A DNA stretch of 32,000 nucleotides from Mycolicibacterium smegmatis (GTDB lineage Bacteria > Actinomycetota > Actinomycetes > Mycobacteriales > Mycobacteriaceae), in contig NZ_LN831039.1 in the NCBI RefSeq assembly GCF_001457595.1, positions 5,490,001-5,522,000 of the forward strand, given 5' to 3'. The notes beneath the pieces were generated by a model that was given only the letters and a program-made list of their open reading frames with translations, searched no databases and was not told the origin of the DNA. The stretch's first letter is position 1, and the number at the start of each line of letters is the position of its first letter. Below are positions 7,891-17,953 of this stretch, one piece after another. A program made the translations under genes and the position numbers.

Positions 7891-8147
7891 GCGAACCCGT
7901 CGGGCAACCGTACGATCCGCTACGACTGTGTGTATATGCCACGGTCGCGTTGCTCGCGTGGCTTCTCGGCCCTTGGGCCGTCGCGGGGTTCGCCGCACTG
8001 GGCCTCGTCGGCTACGTCCGGGCGCGACGAGCAGGGCTGATGCACAGCAAATGCGCCTTGCGCGATACGCGGCTGGTGATCGGGTACCTTGGCGTGATCG
8101 CGGCGGTCGCGGTAGCTGCGATCGTGGCCAGCTATTGGCCTCGCTGA
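7887..8147 (+). CDS. Small (86 aa) membrane protein translationally coupled to the radical SAM gene
   Basis: MSEPVGQPYDPLRLCVYATVALLAWLLGPWAVAGFAALGLVGYVRARRAGLMHSKCALRDTRLVIGYLGVIAAVAVAAIVASYWPR; ATGA overlap; three predicted TMs. Confidence 0.75.
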   Translation: MSEPVGQPYDPLRLCVYATVALLAWLLGPWAVAGFAALGLVGYVRARRAGLMHSKCALRDTRLVIGYLGVIAAVAVAAIVASYWPR

Positions 8148-8289
8148 GCGGATCCGAGGCTGACGGCTGCGTAAGAGAACTCTCAGGGGCCCCCGGCAGG
8201 TTTCACAGAATCCTCTAATACTGCTAACTTCGCTAATGAAGTGGGCATCCCCACTGTCGGGGGCCTGCAGTAAATCGGAGAACTCAGGA

Positions 8290-9336
8290 GTGAATGCCTT
8301 GAAGATCACGAATCTCAGTACGGCCGTGGCCGCTGCGGCCGTCGCCGCCGCCGCCATCCTCGGCACTGCGCCTGCCGCGTTCGGTGATGCCAGCGCCGTC
8401 ACCACCTCGACGCTCGGTAGCGCGGCAAAGCTGAACAACGGTGACGTCGTCCAGGCCTGGACCGTGACCGACCTCAAGCCCAGCAGCGACACGATCCCCT
8501 ACGAGGTCCGCGGCAAGCTGTGGGAGGTCACCGCCACCGATGAGGCCGTCCAGGGCAACGTGACCCCCATCGTCTCCAACTTCAACGTGCGGGCTGCCGA
8601 CGGCACCAACTACCGCGCACTGTTCCAGGTCGCCACCCCGCAGGGCGTGAACCCGTCGACCATCCCGCAGGGCGAGAAGGCCAGCGGCAAGATCTACTTC
8701 GACGTGACCGGCCCCGAGCCCACCACCGTCGTCTACAACGCCGGCGGCAAGGACCTGCTGGTGTGGGACAAGCCCGCCGCGTCCACGACCGCCCCGAGCG
8801 GTACCGGCCAGAGCCGCCCGGCCACGGCGTCGTCCCCGGCGACCGCCGCTCCCGCGGCCGCGGCCGCGGCCGAGGCCGAGTCCGAGGCTGTGACCGACGC
8901 AGAGACGGAGGCCACCCCGGCTCCGGCCGCGGCGTCGACCGCCGAGGGCGGCACCGAGGCCACCCCGGCCGGCGCGGGCAGCCGCGCCACCGACCTGCCT
9001 GCCGCCACCGCGGCGGAGGCCGAAACCGAGGCGACCGCGACCGACGCCGAGACCACCCCGGTGACCGAAGAGACCCCGGCCGCCCCCGCTCCCGAAGGTA
9101 CGACGCCGGTTTCGCTCGGCACGCCGGCCGCCGAAGGCACCCCGGCCGTCGAGGGAGCACCCGCCGGCGCCTCGGCGGGCAACGTCGCGACCGCGGTTCC
9201 GCCCGCCGCCCCGGCCGAGGGCGCTCCGGCCGAGGTTGCCGATCCCGCGCTGGTCCCGGCCGGTGTCCAGCCGACCACCACCGTGCCCGCCCCGGCGCCC
9301 ACCACGGCTCCGGTCAGCCACGGCCCCGCTGCCTGA
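8290..9336 (+). CDS. Secreted MPT63/DUF1942-like protein with long Ala/Thr/Glu/Pro-rich C-terminal tail (start GTG 8290 or TTG 8299)
   Basis: Signal peptide LSTAVAAAAVAAAAILGTAPAAFGDA, then AAKLNNGDVVQAWTVTDLKPSSDTIPYEVRGKLWEVTATDEAVQGNVTPIVSNFNVRAADGTNYRALFQV resembling the MPT63 fold; tail is low complexity. Confidence 0.75.
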   Translation: MNALKITNLSTAVAAAAVAAAAILGTAPAAFGDASAVTTSTLGSAAKLNNGDVVQAWTVTDLKPSSDTIPYEVRGKLWEVTATDEAVQGNVTPIVSNFNVRAADGTNYRALFQVATPQGVNPSTIPQGEKASGKIYFDVTGPEPTTVVYNAGGKDLLVWDKPAASTTAPSGTGQSRPATASSPATAAPAAAAAAEAESEAVTDAETEATPAPAAASTAEGGTEATPAGAGSRATDLPAATAAEAETEATATDAETTPVTEETPAAPAPEGTTPVSLGTPAAEGTPAVEGAPAGASAGNVATAVPPAAPAEGAPAEVADPALVPAGVQPTTTVPAPAPTTAPVSHGPAA

Positions 9337-9346
9337 TCTGATTTAC

Positions 9347-9392
9347 AAAGCGAACGGCCGGAAGTGGGAAACCACTTCCGGCCGTTCGCTTT
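9347..9392. terminator. Bidirectional terminator between convergent genes
   Basis: Perfect 21-bp stem AAAGCGAACGGCCGGAAGTGG / CCACTTCCGGCCGTTCGCTTT with GAAA tetraloop. Confidence 0.9.
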
Positions 9393-9398
9393 CGAGTC

Positions 9399-10349
9399 TC
9401 AGCTGATCGACAGCGCGATACCGTCCAGAATGTCGTGCTCGCTGACGACGAGTTGGTCGATGCCGGCACGGTCGGCGAGCACCGCGGCGAGTTCCTCGAC
9501 GATCACGGCGCCACCGCCGATGACGTCGGCCCGGCCCTGGTGCATCGGCCCCAGGGCGAGGCGCTGCTCCTTGGTCATCCCGATGAGCTCGTCGCAGACC
9601 CGCAGCAGACCGTCGAATCCTATGCGGGACAGGTGGATCTGCTCGGGATCGTATTCGGTCATGTTCTGCGCGAGCGCCGACAACGTCGTCATGGTGCCTG
9701 CCACGCCCACCCAGGTGCGAGCCTCGTTCACCGGCACCACTTCCAGTGCCTGCGCCAAGCCTGCGCGGACCACGGCCCGCGCGTCGGCGATCTCGTCGGC
9801 CGTGGGCGGGTCGCTGTGCAGGCACCGCTCCGTGAGCCGCACACAACCGATGTCGGCCGAGAAACTCGCCTGCACGGCGTCGGTGCCCAGCACGAGTTCG
9901 GTCGAACCGCCCCCGAGGTCGACGACCACGAAAGGTGCAGCGGCAGGGTCTAATTCGCCGACAGCACCGCGGAACGACAGCTCGGCCTCCTCGGTGCCGG
10001 TGATGACCTCGGCCACGGCGCCCGGCACCACCTTGCCCAGCAGTCGTGCGGTCATCGAGAAGAACTCGTCGCGGTTGCCCGCGTCGCGCGCGGCCGACGT
10101 GGCGACCATGCGCACGGCCGACACCGAGTGTTCGATCATCAACGCGACGTAGTCGGCGAGCGCAGCTTCGGTGCGCGCCAACGCTTCCGGCGCGAACTGC
10201 CCGGTGGCGTCGACATCCTGGCCCAACCGCACGATCCGCATCTCGCGGTGCACGTCACGCAGTCGTGCGCCGTCGGGTTCGGCGATCAGCAACCTGATCG
10301 AGTTGGTGCCGCAGTCGATGGCACCGACGCGGCGGTCGTTCACACCCAT
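9399..10349 (-). CDS. Ppx/GppA-family exopolyphosphatase
   Basis: VGAIDCGTNSIRLLIAEPDG, VVDLGGGSTELVLG, IGMTKEQRLALGPMHQGRADVIGGGAVI. Confidence 0.93.
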   Translation of the reverse strand: MGVNDRRVGAIDCGTNSIRLLIAEPDGARLRDVHREMRIVRLGQDVDATGQFAPEALARTEAALADYVALMIEHSVSAVRMVATSAARDAGNRDEFFSMTARLLGKVVPGAVAEVITGTEEAELSFRGAVGELDPAAAPFVVVDLGGGSTELVLGTDAVQASFSADIGCVRLTERCLHSDPPTADEIADARAVVRAGLAQALEVVPVNEARTWVGVAGTMTTLSALAQNMTEYDPEQIHLSRIGFDGLLRVCDELIGMTKEQRLALGPMHQGRADVIGGGAVIVEELAAVLADRAGIDQLVVSEHDILDGIALSIS

Positions 10350-10831
10350 GTGTCGCGCTCCAGAATCCCGGCCATCGCGGGCTCGGCGGCCAGCACAGCC
10401 AATGCCTCGTCACCGAACGGGTTGACGCCGGGGCCTTTTGCCAGCGAGTGTGCGATCACGACGTGCAGGCACTTGACCCGGTCGGGCATGCCGCCGCCGG
10501 TGAACGTGGTGCCCAGCGGTTCGATCGCGTCGCGCTCGGCGAGGTAGGACTCGTGGGCCCGCCGGTAGGCCGCGGCCAGTTCGGGGTCCTGCGCCAGGCG
10601 TTCGGTCATCTCGCGCATCATGCCCGAGGACTCCAGCCGGCTCGCGGCCGCCGTCAACGCCGGGTGCGTCAGGTAGTACAGCGTCGGAAACGGGGTTCCG
10701 TCGGGCAGCCGCGGCGCGGTCTTCACCACGCCCGGTTCACCGTTGGGGCACCGATAGGCGATCTCGAGAACCCCTCGCGGCTCGCGGCCCAACTGCCGCG
10801 CCACCACGTCGAGGTCGGCGGGGTCAACCAC
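10340..10831 (-). CDS. DUF501 family protein (GTG start inferred inside the longer track ORF)
   Basis: VVARQLGREPRGVLEIAYRCPNGEPGVVKTAPRLPDGTPFPTLYYLTHP...GGMPDRVKCLHVVIAHSLAKG; conserved position next to ppx in mycobacteria. Confidence 0.88.
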   Translation of the reverse strand: MVDPADLDVVARQLGREPRGVLEIAYRCPNGEPGVVKTAPRLPDGTPFPTLYYLTHPALTAAASRLESSGMMREMTERLAQDPELAAAYRRAHESYLAERDAIEPLGTTFTGGGMPDRVKCLHVVIAHSLAKGPGVNPFGDEALAVLAAEPAMAGILERDTWV

Positions 10832-11510
10832 CGGGCGCGGGTGGGATCGGCGCCGGCTCACCCGGGGCGGGCGGGACCGGCGGAGCGGGCGGGATGGTGG
10901 GCGTGACCCCGTGCGGCTGATCGGCGATCGTGTGCCACAGCGAGGTGTACCAGGGCTGCCCCGCGGGCACCGTGGCACCGGGCTTCTCGGGTTCGGGCTC
11001 CTGGGTCACGACGGCGTTCGGCGGAAGCTGCACCTGGAACGGGGTGTCACCGGGCATCACGAAACCCAGCCGCTCCCTGGCCTGGGCCGCGATGTAGACC
11101 GGGTCGGCGAGCTTGACCTTCTGCTGTTCGAGCTCGGCGATCTGGGCGCGCAATTGCTCCTCGCTCGCTTTCAGTTGCTTCATCTCGGTCCGCTGCGCGA
11201 AATACGTGCGCACCGGCCCGGCGATCGTCAGCGTCAGCACGCACACGACGGCAGCCAGGATGGCCGCGCGTCGTGCCGCCGAACCGAACCGCTGTTCGGA
11301 CTGCAGCTCGGCCTGCTGTTGCGCCTGTACCGCAATGGCTTTGGTGACCGACTCGTCCGGTGCCTGCTCGATCTGCGCGGGCCGGGCCTCGCCGGCCCGG
11401 CGCCGTGCCTGCGATGCCCGCGGCCGATTCGCGTCGCCGTTCTTCCCCGGCTTCCCAGGTCGGGGAGCCGGGGCGCGTCGCCTCGGATCGGGCCGCTTCG
11501 GGTCGGGCAT
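10824..11510 (-). CDS. Septum formation initiator (FtsB/DivIC)-family protein
   Basis: Single TM (AAILAAVVCVLTLTIAGPVRTYFAQRTEM) followed by coiled coil QLKASEEQLRAQIAELEQQKVKLADPVYIAAQARERLGFVMPGDTPF. Confidence 0.88.
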   Translation of the reverse strand: MPDPKRPDPRRRAPAPRPGKPGKNGDANRPRASQARRRAGEARPAQIEQAPDESVTKAIAVQAQQQAELQSEQRFGSAARRAAILAAVVCVLTLTIAGPVRTYFAQRTEMKQLKASEEQLRAQIAELEQQKVKLADPVYIAAQARERLGFVMPGDTPFQVQLPPNAVVTQEPEPEKPGATVPAGQPWYTSLWHTIADQPHGVTPTIPPAPPVPPAPGEPAPIPPAPGG

Positions 11511-11543
11511 CGTCGTGATCAGGCGCCGGGGACGGCCGGCGGC

Positions 11544-13623
<2,080 letters not shown>

Positions 13624-13736
13624 CGAACTCCCTCAAACCCGCGTCATCTCGCTCCCCATGGTCGCATGCGAGCGAGAGCGCGTTCCGATGGCTGGCGGCG
13701 CGGCGAAGACCTGCCGCATTCGAACCGCCCCCTGCT

Positions 13737-13776
13737 AAGGTGAGCCACGCCTTGCCAAGGCTAGCCAAGGCTTACG
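13737..13776. promoter_or_regulatory. 10-bp-phased repeat array upstream of efeU; candidate metal-responsive operator
   Basis: Units AAGGTGAGCC / ACGCCTTGCC / AAGGCTAGCC / AAGGCTTACG at exact 10-bp register, 30 bp before the efeU start codon. Confidence 0.4.
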
Positions 13777-13805
13777 GCTTTACCCCGCTCGACAGAGGAC
13801 GCTTG

Positions 13806-14747
13806 ATGACCCCCATCACGGACGTTCCGACCAGCTTACTGGCCGCATCCAACATCACATCACAGCTGCTCGGAAGCGGCTTGATCGGTCTGCGCGAGGG
13901 GCTGGAAGCCGCGATCGTCGTCTCGATCCTCGTCGCGTTCCTGGTCAAATCCGACCGCAGGGACGCTCTCAGATGGGTGTGGCTGGGAGTTAGCTGTGCG
14001 ATCGCTGTGACCGTCACGGTGTTCCTCGTCATCCAGTTCGGGGAGAACACCATCAGCGGGCTCGGGGCGGAGGCCGTCGCCGGGATCGCGTCGCTTCTGG
14101 CCGTCGTCATCGTCACCACGATGGTGCTGTGGATGAAGAAGGCCGCGGCATCCATCGCCGGCGAGCTGCGCGGTGAGCTCGCGCGGGCGCTGGAGACCGG
14201 CGGGCCCGCGGTCGCGCTGCTGGCGTTCCTCGCCGTGGGGCGCGAAGGCGTCGAGACGGCGTTGTTCATGGTCGGCTACGCAGAGGCCGAGACCCTGTGG
14301 CCGCTGACCGGGCTGATCATCGGCGTGCTGGTCGCCGTAGCCATCGCCTACGGCATGTACGCCGGCGCGGTGCGCCTGGACCTCGGCAAGTTCTTCAAGT
14401 GGACCGGCATCTTCCTCATCGTGGTGGCGGCCGGGATCCTCGCCTACGCCACCAAGGCACTGCAGACCGTCGGATGGCTGCCCGGCCTGGGTAGCAAGGC
14501 GTTCGACGTCAGCGGGGGCGGAGGCTGGTTCAACTGGTCTGCCTGGTACGGCGAGGCCATCCAGGGCATCTTCAACATCGATCCAACGCCGACCGTGCTG
14601 CAGTTCGCGGCGTGGCTGACCTACATCGTCGTCGTGCTCGCGCTGTTCCTGAAGCCGGGCCGCGCTGCTTCGCCCGCATCCCCAGCGCCCTCCGAGCCGA
14701 TCGTCGACCCGGAGGCACCCACCACATCCGAAAGGTCGACCACGTGA
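13806..14747 (+). CDS. efeU: FTR1-family iron permease, EfeU-like
   Basis: REGLEAAIVVSIL (REGLE) and GREGVETALFM (REGxE) motifs, 7-TM topology; followed by EfeO and EfeB homologs. Start ATG 13806 inferred. Confidence 0.93.
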   Translation: MTPITDVPTSLLAASNITSQLLGSGLIGLREGLEAAIVVSILVAFLVKSDRRDALRWVWLGVSCAIAVTVTVFLVIQFGENTISGLGAEAVAGIASLLAVVIVTTMVLWMKKAAASIAGELRGELARALETGGPAVALLAFLAVGREGVETALFMVGYAEAETLWPLTGLIIGVLVAVAIAYGMYAGAVRLDLGKFFKWTGIFLIVVAAGILAYATKALQTVGWLPGLGSKAFDVSGGGGWFNWSAWYGEAIQGIFNIDPTPTVLQFAAWLTYIVVVLALFLKPGRAASPASPAPSEPIVDPEAPTTSERSTT

Positions 14748-15916
14748 AGATGATGCCTGCTGCCAAGACAGGAGTCGCCGCCGCCGCGGCGCTGCTTGCC
14801 GGGTTCTCGCTCGCCGGCTGCCAAGCCAAGGAGAGCGCCAACAGCGGCGACACCGCGAGCGGCGAGAAGTCCAACCAGATCACCGTCGAGGCCTCCGACA
14901 CCGAGTGCAAGCTCTCGGGCACCGAGGCCGCGACCGGCCCCAGCACCTTCGTCGTCACCAACAACGGCTCCAAGGTCACCGAGTTCTACGTCTACGGCGA
15001 GGGCGAGCGTGTCATGGGCGAGGTCGAGAACATCTCCCCAGGCCTCAAGCGTCAGCTCATCGTGCAGCTCACCCAGCCCGGCACCTACCAGACCTCGTGC
15101 CGCCCCGGCATGGTCGGCGACGGCATCCGCGGCGACTTCGTCGTCACCGGCGAGGCCGTGCAGATCGACACCGAGGGCAAGTTCAAGGAAGCCGCCGACA
15201 GCTACAAGCGTTACGTCAACAGCCAGACCGACGCACTGATCCCGGCCGTCGAGGAGTTCGTCGCCGCGATCAAGGCCAAGGACGTCGAGAAGGCCAAGTC
15301 GCTCTACCCGACCTCGCGCATCTACTACGAGCGCATCGAACCGGTCGCCGAGTCGTTCCCCAACGATCTGGATCCGCGCATCGACCTGCGCGAGGCCGAC
15401 CTGGAGCCGGGCCAGAAGTGGACCGGCTTCCACCGCCTCGAGAAAGACCTCTGGGTGACGGGCCTGCAGCCCGACACCGACGCCATCGCCGACCAGTTGG
15501 TGGCCGACGTCAAGGAACTCGACGCCGGTGTGAAGGCCCCCGACTTCACCATCGACTCCACCCAGATCGCCGGTGGCGCACAGGGTCTGCTCGACGAGAT
15601 CTCGATCAGCAAGATCACCGGTGAAGAGGACATCTTCAGCCACACCGACCTGTGGGACTTCCGCGCCAACGTCGAGGGCTCGCAGACCGCGGTGGCCTCG
15701 GTGCGCCCGATCCTCGACGAGCGCAACCCCGATCTGGGCAAGCGCGTCGACCAGCGCTTCGCCGATGTGGAAGCGCTGCTGGAGAAGTATCGTGAAGGCG
15801 ATGGTTTCGTCACCTACGACAAGGTGACCGAACCGGAACGCCAGGAGCTCTCGCGCGCCATCGACGCGCTGAGCAAAGAAGTGAGCCAGGTGCAAGGTGT
15901 CATCGCCCAGCAGTGA
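14744..15916 (+). CDS. efeO: EfeO-like iron uptake lipoprotein (cupredoxin-like + M75 imelysin-like domain)
   Basis: Lipobox LAGC; TYQTSCRPGMVGDGIRGDFVVTG; YPTSRIYYERIEPVAESFPNDLDPRIDLREAD, GFHRLEKDLW; GTGA overlap with efeU. Confidence 0.93.
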   Translation: MKMMPAAKTGVAAAAALLAGFSLAGCQAKESANSGDTASGEKSNQITVEASDTECKLSGTEAATGPSTFVVTNNGSKVTEFYVYGEGERVMGEVENISPGLKRQLIVQLTQPGTYQTSCRPGMVGDGIRGDFVVTGEAVQIDTEGKFKEAADSYKRYVNSQTDALIPAVEEFVAAIKAKDVEKAKSLYPTSRIYYERIEPVAESFPNDLDPRIDLREADLEPGQKWTGFHRLEKDLWVTGLQPDTDAIADQLVADVKELDAGVKAPDFTIDSTQIAGGAQGLLDEISISKITGEEDIFSHTDLWDFRANVEGSQTAVASVRPILDERNPDLGKRVDQRFADVEALLEKYREGDGFVTYDKVTEPERQELSRAIDALSKEVSQVQGVIAQQ

Positions 15917-17234
15917 CCCTTCCGGCGGGCAGTCGCCCGCCTCTGAGGCGACCCCCGCGCAGCCGTCGGGCATATCGCGACGCAAGCTGTTCGGCGCTGC
16001 CGGGGTCACCGCTGCGGTGGTCGGCGCGGCCAGTGCGGGTGCACTGGCCGGCCGTGCCTCCGCGGCCGCCAACGCCCCGCACGGGGCGCTGAGCGGTCCG
16101 GTGCCGTTCCGCGGTGAACGGCAGGCCGGCATCATCACCGAGGCACAGGACCGCATGCACTTCTGCGCCTTCGACGTCACCACCGACAGCCGCGATGACG
16201 TCATCGCGCTGCTCAAGCAGTGGACCCAGATGGCCGAGCGCATGACCAAAGGCGAGGAGACCGAACCCGACGGAGCCGTCGGCGGCAACCCCTACTCCCC
16301 GCCCACCGATACCGGTGAGGCCCTTGGCCTTCCGGCCTCGCAGCTGACACTGACCATCGGGTTCGGCCCCGGCTTCTTCCGCAAGGACGGCAAGGACCGC
16401 TTCGGTATCGCCGACCAGCAACCCGCCGAGCTCAAGCCGCTGCCGAAGTTCCCCAACGAGACCATGGACCCCGCCCGCTCAGGCGGCGACATCTGCATCC
16501 AGGCCTGCGCCAACGACCCGCAGGTGGCCGTCCACGCCATCCGTAACCTGGCCCGCGTCGGGTTCGGCACGGTCGCGGTGCGCTACTCCCAGCTGGGGTT
16601 CGGACGCACCTCCTCCACCACGCGCGATCAGGCGACCCCGCGAAACCTGTTCGGGTTCAAGGACGGAACCAACAACATCAAGGCCGACGAGACCGACCTG
16701 CTGAACCAGCACGTGTGGGTCGCCGACGGCGACGGCCCGGCCTGGCTGACCGGCGGCACCTATCTGCTGACCCGCCGCATCCGCATGCGCATCGAGAACT
16801 GGGACCGCACCACGCTGCTCGAGCAGGAACGCGTGATCGGCCGGCAGAAGGGCAGCGGCGCACCGAACGGCCTGCAGGACGAGTTCGAGGAACTCGACTT
16901 CGACATGACCGACGCCAAGGGCAAGCCGATGATCGACGTCGACGCCCACGTGCGCCTGGTGTCCCCGCAGAACCTCGGCGGCATCGAGATCCTGCGCCGC
17001 GGATACAACTTCACCGACGGCACCGACGGCTTCGGCCACCTCGACGCCGGGCTGTTCTTCATCGCCTTCGTGCGAAGCCCCGAGAAACAGTTCATCCCGA
17101 TGCTCAGCGAGATGTCCCGTAAGGATGCGCTCAACGAGTACATCACCCACACCGGCACGGCCATCTTCGCCTGCCCGCCGGGTATCCCCGAGGGTGACTC
17201 GTCTGCGTACTGGGGTTCGACGCTGTTCTCGTGA
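15897..17234 (+). CDS. efeB: EfeB-like Dyp-type heme peroxidase with Tat signal
   Basis: Twin-arginine SRRKLFGAAG; FKDGTNNI (GXXDG); IRMRIENWDRTTLLEQERVIGRQKGSGAP; FIAFVRSPEKQF. Confidence 0.95.
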   Translation: MSSPSSDPSGGQSPASEATPAQPSGISRRKLFGAAGVTAAVVGAASAGALAGRASAAANAPHGALSGPVPFRGERQAGIITEAQDRMHFCAFDVTTDSRDDVIALLKQWTQMAERMTKGEETEPDGAVGGNPYSPPTDTGEALGLPASQLTLTIGFGPGFFRKDGKDRFGIADQQPAELKPLPKFPNETMDPARSGGDICIQACANDPQVAVHAIRNLARVGFGTVAVRYSQLGFGRTSSTTRDQATPRNLFGFKDGTNNIKADETDLLNQHVWVADGDGPAWLTGGTYLLTRRIRMRIENWDRTTLLEQERVIGRQKGSGAPNGLQDEFEELDFDMTDAKGKPMIDVDAHVRLVSPQNLGGIEILRRGYNFTDGTDGFGHLDAGLFFIAFVRSPEKQFIPMLSEMSRKDALNEYITHTGTAIFACPPGIPEGDSSAYWGSTLFS

Positions 17235-17261
17235 GTCCTTGGTTTCGTGTCGTGGCGCCCG

Positions 17262-17312
17262 GAGCGACGTAAATGTCGTTGCCCAGCGGGTTTGACGACG
17301 TTTTCGTCGCTC
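17262..17312. repeat. Imperfect palindromic hairpin (18-bp arms, 16/18 paired, 15-nt loop)
   Basis: GAGCGACGTAAATGTCGT (17262-17279) / ACGACGTTTTCGTCGCTC (17295-17312). Confidence 0.75.
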
Positions 17313-17370
17313 TCGGTGGGTTCTTGCGGGTCGGCTTTGTCTCTTTGGCCGGTTCAACGCCCCCACCCCC

Positions 17371-17460
17371 CGCGAGTGTGAAACCTCAGCGATTCCACTC
17401 CGCCATTGTGAAACCTCTGCTACTTTCCGGCCGATTTTTCGCAGAGGCTTCACACTCGCG
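17371..17460. repeat. REP-like compound palindromic element, copy 1
   Basis: CGCGAGTGTGAAACCTCAGCGA (17371-17392), partial direct copy CGCCATTGTGAAACCTCTGC (17401-17420), inverted copy TCGCAGAGGCTTCACACTCGCG (17439-17460). Confidence 0.85.
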
Positions 17461-17563
17461 AAGCTTTGCTCAGATCTGCCTCGCTAACCCTCATCTCTCG
17501 TGGCCGTCTGTTACCTGAGGACAAGCCAAGGACACCGGCGACCTTGCCCGGGCCTTCACAGAC

Positions 17564-17728
17564 ATGATCCTGTACGCCTGCGTCAATAAAGTTGTCGAGG
17601 GTCGGTTACTTTTCGATCTCAGCTTGCTCACAACCATGCCCCCCGCGTGGTCGACGCTTGCCCAGGGCACGACATATCCCGATCTGGCACGGATGTACCA
17701 CGACCTTTTTGCGGATTACGGTCGTTAG
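17564..17728 (+). pseudogene. Orphan short ORF / possible C-terminal gene remnant
   Basis: MILYACVNKVVEGRLLFDLSLLTTMPPAWSTLAQGTTYPDLARMYHDLFADYGR; frame stays open upstream to a TGA with no obvious start or RBS; protein-like composition. Confidence 0.35.
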
Positions 17729-17953
17729 CGAGCCGAATGCCACGCGTTCAGACCCTTGCATGAAAGCCGGGTGTTGACGCCGTTCGAGCATCCAGCTCCC
17801 GAAACAACACGCGATACAACATTTTCGGCAAACTTCGATCTTTTCAAACGCAAAGATGCTGCTCGTTACGTCATTCGACGGACAGCGGAGCGCGGCTTTG
17901 CCGACTTAAAGTCCCTCCTACAAAACTGAACTTTTCCTGAGAGGGGCAGGCAA

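Noticed and set aside
8284-9321. Gly/Arg-rich 345-aa minus-strand ORF resembling a glycine-rich surface protein
   Set aside because: It is the reverse complement of the Ala/Thr/Pro-rich tail of the MPT63-like protein; RBS and signal peptide support the + strand.
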